The position numbers were made by a program, and so were the translations under genes. Below the pieces are notes generated by a model. That model made no database searches, was not told the DNA's origin, and saw only the letters and a program-made list of their open reading frames with translations. A stretch of 64,000 bases of DNA from Planctomycetota bacterium (GTDB lineage Bacteria > Planctomycetota > JAJSAM01 > JAJVHW01): the NCBI GenBank assembly GCA_965248445.1, contig CBDFJG010000004.1:416001-480000 (forward strand), given 5' to 3'. Positions 57,254-64,000 of this stretch are shown in pieces. Each line of letters starts with the position of its first letter. Positions within the stretch are counted from its first letter, which is position 1.

Positions 57254-58432
57254 ATGCCTCCGCCGTTCGGCTCTGGAGCAGAAGTACAGCTGACCTACAT
57301 CGCGGAAGTGACGCACGGCGTCACTCCCGCCACGCCGACCATGCAGATCCTGCGGCTGAACGGCTTCGACATCAACGCCAAGAAGGGCGAACTGGTGTCG
57401 CAGGAGGTTCGCGCGGATCGGCAGACGGCGTCGAAGCGCCACGGGCTGCGTTCGGTCGAGGGCACGCTCCCCGGCGAACTCATGCTCGCGAACCACGACG
57501 ACATGCTCGAGGCCGCAATGTCTGGCACGTGGGACGCGACCGTCGCTGAGACGACCGACATCGGGGTCACTGCCACCCACCAGGTCGTGCGCGCAGCGGG
57601 CTCGTTCCTCACGGACGGCTTCCGGCCCGGCGACATCGTCACGCTCGGCGCACTCGTCGTCGGCGGAGACAACGGCGACTATCGCGTCGCGGTCGTAACG
57701 GCGCTGGCGATGACGCTGGTCAACCTCAACGGCACGGCGATGGGACTGACGACCGAGGCCGCCAGCGCGATGTCGACGTGCGTCCTGAAGGGCTCGCGCG
57801 TCGACATCGGGACGTTGCTGCGGACCTTCAGCATGGAGCGCGCCTTCACGAAGATCAACCAGTACCAGGTGCTCCGCGGCTGCGCGATCAACACGATGGA
57901 CGTGACGATCCAGCCCGGCGAAATCCCGGGCATCTCGTGCGGCGTCCTGGGCATGGACTTCGACGACTGGGCGGGGTCAACGGCCGCCTCGGTGACGACG
58001 GCGGCGCCGACGAACGAGGCGATGAGTCCGTTCGACGGCCGCATGTACGAGGGCGGCGCCAGCATCGGGATACTGACGGGCCTGAACTTCCAGCTCAACA
58101 ACAACCGGGAACTCGGCGAGGTCGTCGGTGCCACGTCGAGCCCCGACGTGTTCGAGGGCGACGCGAAGGTCACGGGCACGGTGACGATGCTGTTCGAGAA
58201 CGCGACGCACCTGAGCAAGTTCATCAACGAGACCGAGACGAAGCTCTGGGGCCGACTGCGGGACCCCGCGGACTCGACCGCGTTCATCAATTTCGTGATG
58301 AACCGCGTGAAGTACTTCGGCGCCGACATCAACCCGCCGCGCACCGGCGAGGCAATCATCACGCTGCCCTTCGAGGCGCTCCGCGACTCGGTGTCCGGCG
58401 TCCTGATGTCGATCCAGCGTTCCAACGCGTAA
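57254..58432 (+). CDS. Major tail tube protein
   Basis: AAGGAG RBS; E...GVTPATP, S.E.R.DRQ and FSME..F motifs; position before the chaperone and TMP. Confidence 0.85.
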   Translation: MPPPFGSGAEVQLTYIAEVTHGVTPATPTMQILRLNGFDINAKKGELVSQEVRADRQTASKRHGLRSVEGTLPGELMLANHDDMLEAAMSGTWDATVAETTDIGVTATHQVVRAAGSFLTDGFRPGDIVTLGALVVGGDNGDYRVAVVTALAMTLVNLNGTAMGLTTEAASAMSTCVLKGSRVDIGTLLRTFSMERAFTKINQYQVLRGCAINTMDVTIQPGEIPGISCGVLGMDFDDWAGSTAASVTTAAPTNEAMSPFDGRMYEGGASIGILTGLNFQLNNNRELGEVVGATSSPDVFEGDAKVTGTVTMLFENATHLSKFINETETKLWGRLRDPADSTAFINFVMNRVKYFGADINPPRTGEAIITLPFEALRDSVSGVLMSIQRSNA

Positions 58433-58492
58433 CCACCAACCCTCGTGAGCGCGACGCTCTCGAGTCACATCTTCTGAGGAGGAGAAGAACCG

Positions 58493-58948
58493 ATGGACTT
58501 GAAACAATTCGACACGAGGGCGCCGTCCGAGGATGGCGCGGACATGCCGGTTCTCGGACCGGACGACGAGCCGTTCTTCAAAGACGGCACCGATGACCCG
58601 GTCACGATCCGGCTCATGGGCAACGACAGCCCAACGTTCGAGCGCGAACAGCACCGCATCGCGAAGGGCCGCAAGGGGCTCAAGATCAGTCGCAGCGGCG
58701 TCAAGCTCGACTCGCGGCAAGCGAAGCTCGACCTGATCCAGATGATGGCCGCCTGCACGATCAGTTGGGACGGCATCGACTACGACGGCGAGTCCCCGTA
58801 CCCGTGCACGCGCCAGAACGCGATCCGCCTCTACACGGACCTGCCGTGGCTCCGCGACCAGGTCGTGGCGTTCATGGAGGACCGCATGAACTTCCTGGGG
58901 GAAGCGTCCAGGGACTCCTCGAGTTCGCCCGTGAAGAGTTCCGCCTGA
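58493..58948 (+). CDS. Tail assembly chaperone (lambda G-like)
   Basis: GAGGAG RBS; I.WDG...P.T..NA..LY...PWLRDQV..F..DR.NF. Confidence 0.82.
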   Translation: MDLKQFDTRAPSEDGADMPVLGPDDEPFFKDGTDDPVTIRLMGNDSPTFEREQHRIAKGRKGLKISRSGVKLDSRQAKLDLIQMMAACTISWDGIDYDGESPYPCTRQNAIRLYTDLPWLRDQVVAFMEDRMNFLGEASRDSSSSPVKSSA

Positions 58949-59304
58949 AGGTCACGAAGAAGGGCGGCGCGACGCTCGATGCACACATTCGATCGGCGCG
59001 CAGACAGCAAGGACTAGGAGAGGAGGAGAGCAACAGGCACTGGGAGAGCTTCCCCGCGGGGCTGGACTACCTGTGGGGATGGTTCATCGAGCTCAACGGC
59101 GCGCGGGGCACGAACGGCTTCGCGCCGGAGACGATCAGCTACACGCAGATCGACGCATGGGCGCGGCTGAAGCGCATCGACATCTCTCCCTGGGAAGTGT
59201 CCGTCATCCGTCTGCTGGATGACGCGTGGGCAGACAGCTATGCCGGATCTCGCGCAACTGAATCTCAAGATCGACAGCACGAGCGTCAAGCGCTCGGCGC
59301 GTGA
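58897..59304 (+). CDS. Tail chaperone -1 frameshift extension (G-T-like)
   Basis: GGGGGAA at 58897-58903; the -1 frame encodes YLWGWF.EL..AR...GF.P.ISY..IDAW and has no strong own start. Confidence 0.72.
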   Translation, partial: GGSVQGLLEFAREEFRLKVTKKGGATLDAHIRSARRQQGLGEEESNRHWESFPAGLDYLWGWFIELNGARGTNGFAPETISYTQIDAWARLKRIDISPWEVSVIRLLDDAWADSYAGSRATESQDRQHERQALGA

Positions 59305-61831
59305 TCTCGGGAAATTCGGGAAGGCATCAGGCGCCGCCGAGCGCGCCGTCAGGCGTCTTGAGCTCGCTGCGATCGCAGCGATTACCGCATTGGCGGGGGT
59401 TGGGATCAAGGCGGTCGCAGCGTTCGCGAAGTTCGAGCAGACAGCGGTGGGTATCGAGGCGCTGATCGGGAACGCGGAGAAGGCGCGCGAGGTCATCGAG
59501 GGCATCAAGGAACTGTCCTCTGTGTCGATCTTCGACGTCGACGACCTCGCGCGGAACGTCTCGATCCTCGCGGCGCTCGGCGAAGAGACGGACAATCTCA
59601 TCCCCCAGCTCCGGACCCTCGCCGATGCCGCCGCGGCGTTCGGCGGCAGCCAGGCGACCGAGACGCTGCGCCGCCTGATCCTCAACTTCGCGGAGATCCG
59701 CGCGCAGGGCCGGATCGACGCCGAAGACATCCGGCGCTTGACCGAGAGCCGCATTCCGATTCTTCGGTTCTTGCAAGAGGCGACGGGCATCGCCGTCAAG
59801 GACATCCGCAAGCTCGCGGAACAGGGCAAGCTCCTCGCCGACGACGTGCTCCCCGTGATCTTCGAGGCACTGAAGCGGGAGACCGGCGGGTTCGTCGAGA
59901 AGCTGTCGGCGACAACCCGCGGCCAGTTCCAAGTGCTCATGAACAACGTCAAGCTCGCGCTGATCGACATCGGTGGAACGCTGGCGCAAGAGTTCGACAT
60001 CCTGACGCTGCTCGAGTCCGCAATCGTCAAGACACGCGAGTGGGCACGGGTCACCCGCGAAGTTGTCGCTGTTCTGATCAACGGACGAGATGCGGTCGGA
60101 GAGATTTCCGGCTCGGCGCAGGAGGTCCTCCGGGTGCTGGGGATACTCAAGTCGGCGCTGATCGCGTTGGTCGCGATAAGGATCGGTACGGGCGTACTGA
60201 GTCTCTTCGCCGCGGGCCCGGCAGGTCTAGGATCGCTCGCGGCCGTCGGAGTCGTGGTCCTCATCGACCAAGTGCACCAACTGACGGATGCCTTGGAAGA
60301 GTTGAACGAAGCCGAGGCCCGGCGCGACCGACCCCTGTCGCGGCGCGAGAGCGAGATCGAGTTCTCCCAAGCCGCCACAGCACTCGATGACGTCGATGCG
60401 TTCCTGAAGCTGGTGCCCGAAGGTCTGAGCGTCATCAGGGACGATCTTGAGGGCCTGAAGGTTGCGATCAACGCCGCGTTCGACCCGGACAACCTGAGTT
60501 TGAAACGGTACGACGAGTTCGCGCGGGAACTCGAGCTGATCAAGACGAGATTCGCGGCCGCCGGTGGCCTCACCGTGAGCGAGGAAGGGGCCCTTGGGGG
60601 CGCGGACGCGACCTCGCTCGGGAGCGCCCTCGCAGCCGAGAAGCGGCAGAGAGTGGCAGACAAGGTGCGCGCCGCGCGCCAGAACGAGATCGACGAACTG
60701 CGCGCGTTGATGGCGGACTCTGTGCGCATCGCGAAGGACGGCGCGCGCGAACTCGAGCAGGCTGGCCTGAGTTCTCTCGACAAGCGCCTTCTCGACCATA
60801 TGGCGCACTTCGAGGACCTGCGGGACGAGTTCACGACGAGCGAGTTCGCCCTGCAGCAGATCGCGCAAGCGGAGCGTGACACGCTGAACGCGATCTTCCG
60901 GGAAGCTGACGCCGAGCGACTTGCGCAGGAGAACGAGGCCGCGAAGCAGTCGCAGGCGCTGCTGGGCGCGCTGGCGGCACGCCGCTCCCTAGTCGGCGCG
61001 TCACCGGAGGATCGTGAGGCGCTCGCTCTCGTACTGGAGTACTCGCGCGCTCTGAAGGGTACGAGCATGTCCGCAGACGAAGCGGCGGCGGCGCTTGCCC
61101 GATTCACGGAAGAGGTGCGGGACGTTCAAGCTCTCGAGTCCGCCACGTCCGCAAAGAAGGAGCTGGGCGAGCTGCTGGAAGGGATGCGTCTTGAGCAGGA
61201 GCTGCTGTTCCTGACGAGTGAGGGACGAGAGCGAGCCATCCGTCTCCGTGAGGGCGAGTTGCTCATCATGGAGGCGTTCGGTGAGGGCACCGCCGAGGCC
61301 GCCGCCGCGATGGCGGAACTCCGAGAGGAGATCGACAACCTCGGCCAGCTCGAGGAGTTGGCGAACTTCCTCAACAACCTCGAGACCGGCGTCCGTGACG
61401 CCTTCGTGGACGGCCTCTGGCAGGCCCTGAACGACGAAGACTGGCAGAAGGGGCTGAGCCTCGCGCTCATGGATATCGCGCGCGATGCGTTCAAGGAAGG
61501 CGCCCAGGCGGGCCTCAATGCTCTTGCCGGAGAGGACGACAGGGGGAACCAGCGGTCATTCGTCAGCGCCCTGATCCGGACGGTCGGGAACATCATCACG
61601 GGTGGCGGCGGGGACGACGCCACGGGGTCCAACGAGGGCACGATGGAGGAGGGCGTCTCGGCCGCCGCGGACAGCAAGTCCCTCGTACTCATCAACGTCA
61701 TCGACGAGGGGACCGCGAACGCGGTCCAGAGCAAGGTCAGTTCGGCCGGCCACGAGAGCGCCACAATGCGCGGCAACGGCCAACCCGGCGTGACGGCTGG
61801 CCGGATCCGCGCAGGTCGCGGGAGGCGCTGA
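59240..61831 (+). CDS. Tape measure protein
   Basis: DLAQLNLKIDS N-terminus; Ala/Leu-rich helical; tape-measure domain (I.AQGRI.AEDIR.L.E..IP). Confidence 0.88.
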   Translation: MPDLAQLNLKIDSTSVKRSARDLGKFGKASGAAERAVRRLELAAIAAITALAGVGIKAVAAFAKFEQTAVGIEALIGNAEKAREVIEGIKELSSVSIFDVDDLARNVSILAALGEETDNLIPQLRTLADAAAAFGGSQATETLRRLILNFAEIRAQGRIDAEDIRRLTESRIPILRFLQEATGIAVKDIRKLAEQGKLLADDVLPVIFEALKRETGGFVEKLSATTRGQFQVLMNNVKLALIDIGGTLAQEFDILTLLESAIVKTREWARVTREVVAVLINGRDAVGEISGSAQEVLRVLGILKSALIALVAIRIGTGVLSLFAAGPAGLGSLAAVGVVVLIDQVHQLTDALEELNEAEARRDRPLSRRESEIEFSQAATALDDVDAFLKLVPEGLSVIRDDLEGLKVAINAAFDPDNLSLKRYDEFARELELIKTRFAAAGGLTVSEEGALGGADATSLGSALAAEKRQRVADKVRAARQNEIDELRALMADSVRIAKDGARELEQAGLSSLDKRLLDHMAHFEDLRDEFTTSEFALQQIAQAERDTLNAIFREADAERLAQENEAAKQSQALLGALAARRSLVGASPEDREALALVLEYSRALKGTSMSADEAAAALARFTEEVRDVQALESATSAKKELGELLEGMRLEQELLFLTSEGRERAIRLREGELLIMEAFGEGTAEAAAAMAELREEIDNLGQLEELANFLNNLETGVRDAFVDGLWQALNDEDWQKGLSLALMDIARDAFKEGAQAGLNALAGEDDRGNQRSFVSALIRTVGNIITGGGGDDATGSNEGTMEEGVSAAADSKSLVLINVIDEGTANAVQSKVSSAGHESATMRGNGQPGVTAGRIRAGRGRR

Positions 61832-62433
61832 TGGCGATCGAGAAGTTCCCGTTCGCGCTGTTCGGTCGCTTCCGGTCCGGGGCCATGCGCGACAAGACCG
61901 TCGAGCCGGGCAACGGTGGCGTCGAGGTCATCCGGGTGGACTGCCCGGACGTCCGCGGCGAGTACCGGGCGTCGAACTGCGTGATCTGGGTCCCGCACAA
62001 CGGGTACACGGCCGACGACGTCCATCAGTTCTGGGAGGACGTCGAGGACGGCGCGCTGATCTTCGGCTTCAAGGAGCCGATCCACGAGCGGTTCTACAAG
62101 GTCACCCTGGAGGCCCTCGGGACCGCGACGGCCGCGGAGACGGACTTCCCGCTCGACCTCCGGTACGTGGACGAGTCAACGCTGCTGGTCTACGAGGACG
62201 CCGTCCTCAAGAGCAACCCAGGCGACTACACGCTGGTCGGGAACGAGACCGCGCCGATCGTCCGGTTCGGCTCCGGGATGTCGGGCGGCGAGGTGATCAC
62301 GGCCACCTACGAGTTCTGGATCCCAGTGGTCGCGGACCGCGGCGGGGAGGACGAGTGGCCGGGCGGCGGCGTGGTCCTCAAGTGCCCGCCGTTCGAGATG
62401 CACGAATACTTCGCCGGCGGGCGCTTCGTCTGA
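61831..62433 (+). CDS. Distal tail protein (DUF2460-like)
   Basis: Follows the TMP; G...F.F, F.L and G..ITATYEF.IPV motifs. Confidence 0.65.
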   Translation: MAIEKFPFALFGRFRSGAMRDKTVEPGNGGVEVIRVDCPDVRGEYRASNCVIWVPHNGYTADDVHQFWEDVEDGALIFGFKEPIHERFYKVTLEALGTATAAETDFPLDLRYVDESTLLVYEDAVLKSNPGDYTLVGNETAPIVRFGSGMSGGEVITATYEFWIPVVADRGGEDEWPGGGVVLKCPPFEMHEYFAGGRFV

Positions 62434-62436
62434 CCG

Positions 62437-63132
62437 ATGCGCGCCTTCACGTCCGCCATCCAGACGATCTTCGCGGCCCTCCAGTTGCCGATGATGTCGG
62501 TGATCGTCTCGATCCCGGATCTCTCCCTGCACCTGACGAACCTCCCCCGGAGCGTCACCGTGGACGGCCAGGTCTACACGGGCGCGAAGGCGGGCGCTGA
62601 GCAATGGACGCTCGTCGCGAAGGGGCTCGGGGAGAACCTGAAGTTCGAGGGGACGTCCGCGGTCCTGGAGATCAACAGCCTGCTCGGGGCCATGCAGACC
62701 CGGATGATCAACGACAACTTCCGGGGGGTGAACGTCACGATCTCGGTCATCTACATGAGCGGCCTGACGGCGATCGCGAGCGGGTGGGCGACGACGTGGC
62801 GCTGTGACGTCGACACCGGGGACGAGGATCAGGTCACGATCCGCCTCGCCTCGAGCGACGCGACTACCGGGGAGGAGTACCCCCGGAACACCAACCAGGA
62901 CTACGCCTGCCCGTACACGCTCTCGCTGGGCTACTGCACGTTCCGGTGGTCCAGCGCGCTCCCCGGCGTCGCCGTGAAGTGCGACCACGGATACGACACT
63001 CCGAACGGCTGCAAGATCCACCACCCCGACATCATCGACCCGCTCACGCTGCTCACGATCCCGCAGTCCAAGCCGTTCGGGGGCCGGATCTCCCATATCG
63101 ACGAGGGCCTCCTTCTCGTCGGGGGGGCGTGA
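62437..63132 (+). CDS. Tail hub/minor tail protein (gpL/DUF2163-like) with Cys cluster
   Basis: CPY...C...CDH...GC..H...PFGG C-terminus. Confidence 0.68.
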   Translation: MRAFTSAIQTIFAALQLPMMSVIVSIPDLSLHLTNLPRSVTVDGQVYTGAKAGAEQWTLVAKGLGENLKFEGTSAVLEINSLLGAMQTRMINDNFRGVNVTISVIYMSGLTAIASGWATTWRCDVDTGDEDQVTIRLASSDATTGEEYPRNTNQDYACPYTLSLGYCTFRWSSALPGVAVKCDHGYDTPNGCKIHHPDIIDPLTLLTIPQSKPFGGRISHIDEGLLLVGGA

Positions 63133-63133
63133 C

Positions 63134-64000
63134 GTGGGAGCTCCCGCGGGTGCCTTCCAGATCGCGCTCGGCGTACTGATCAGCATCATCCCGGGCGGCG
63201 CCGTGCACGGGATTCCGCTCATCATCGGCGGCGTCGCGACGATCGCGGCCTCGCTGATCTTGCCGGACGTCAGCGAGGCGACCGACGAGGCCCAGTCCCC
63301 GGTCTACGGCTACAGGCCGTTCAGCAACCCGTCGAAGGCCGGCGCCGTCCACCCCGTCATCTACTCCGTGAACGGCGTCCGGACGGCGCCGATCTGGACG
63401 CAGGCGTGGATCACCCCGATCGGTCACAGCGACGAGGAGGCCGCGAAGACACAGAGCCGCAAGGGCCAGCGAATGTCCGGGGTCCTCACGGTCTGCGAGG
63501 GCCCGATCGTCCGGATGGACAACCTCCAGTTCAACGACGACCACGTCTGGGACGTCTTCACGGAGCACGACCTCGGGACCGGGAACGGGTCCAACAAGAC
63601 GTTCCGGATCAACGCGTCACGGGTGGACATGGAGTCGGTCCGGGTCTACGTGGGCGCGCTCCAGGACACCCTGAAGGGGTGGATCGTCGAGGAGGTCATC
63701 GAGCCGGTCGCGACCGGGAACGGGTCCCGGTCCGTCTACAGCTTCGAGTCGTCCCAGGGCGTGTTCGACGCCACGAAGACGTTCAAGTTCTACTCGGAGA
63801 ATCCCACGAACCGCCCGGACGCGGAACTGTACGCGCTCTCGACGGCCGTCTCCTCGCTGACCGAGATGGTCCCGACGATGCAGCTGATGAGCCCGACCCG
63901 GATGGTGATCAACACCCAGATCCCGCTCGCGTTCGGGAAGGTGCTCTGGGTGAAGTTCTGGCGCCGGCGCCTGGAGGGCATCCAGATCGTCCGAGCGGAC
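63134..64000 (+). CDS. Tail tip/host-specificity protein, partial (runs off the window)
   Basis: Read by hand: MGAPAGAFQIALG...SPVYGY..FSNP..AG.VHPVIY...VCEGPI. Appears open to the window end. Confidence 0.72.
   Translation, partial: MGAPAGAFQIALGVLISIIPGGAVHGIPLIIGGVATIAASLILPDVSEATDEAQSPVYGYRPFSNPSKAGAVHPVIYSVNGVRTAPIWTQAWITPIGHSDEEAAKTQSRKGQRMSGVLTVCEGPIVRMDNLQFNDDHVWDVFTEHDLGTGNGSNKTFRINASRVDMESVRVYVGALQDTLKGWIVEEVIEPVATGNGSRSVYSFESSQGVFDATKTFKFYSENPTNRPDAELYALSTAVSSLTEMVPTMQLMSPTRMVINTQIPLAFGKVLWVKFWRRRLEGIQIVRAD

Larger units (their letters stand above)
40891..64000 (+). mobile_element. Prophage (siphovirus-type) DNA packaging, head and tail module; continues beyond the window
   Basis: Co-oriented, tightly overlapping genes in canonical order terS-terL-portal-head-connector-tail-TMP-tip. 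Confidence 0.92.

Noticed and set aside
40891..64000. Gene transfer agent
   Set aside because: The tail-tip genes resemble GTA-type ones, but the intein, HNH, accessory ORFs, SPP1-type capsid/scaffold and long TMP fit a true phage better. Not formally excluded.

Overview
High-GC bacterial chromosome segment, probably Planctomycetota. That assignment is inferred from eukaryote-type Ser/Thr kinase and phosphatases, PEGA/HEAT/TPR proteins, Zn-ribbon membrane proteins and lpxD. Bases 1-40.6 kb are host genes: tsaD, S41 proteases, PP2C phosphatases, rsmA, a kinase, a histidine kinase, NUDIX enzymes, argS, lpxD and BtpA. They are interrupted by an IS66 element with no target duplication (joining a 5'-truncated dprA to a 3'-truncated beta-helix gene), an IS1595 element with an 8-bp target duplication, and a 240-bp MITE-like element. 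From ~40.9 kb to the end is a siphovirus-type virion module: terS, intein-containing terL, portal, head morphogenesis protein, scaffold, SPP1 gp13-like capsid, HNH, connectors, tail tube, frameshifted tail chaperone, tape measure and tail tip. No integrase or att site is visible. Most interesting: (1) a ~900-nt intergenic region (9.86-10.79 kb) packed with nested long-range helices and tetraloop hairpins, a candidate large structured ncRNA I cannot assign to a family; (2) a secreted thioredoxin-TPR protein with an in-frame UGA in a UxxC motif followed by a SECIS-like hairpin; (3) repeated AUG-loop hairpins in the scaffold and capsid leaders, one of which buries the scaffold start codon. All family calls are by eye, without database searches.
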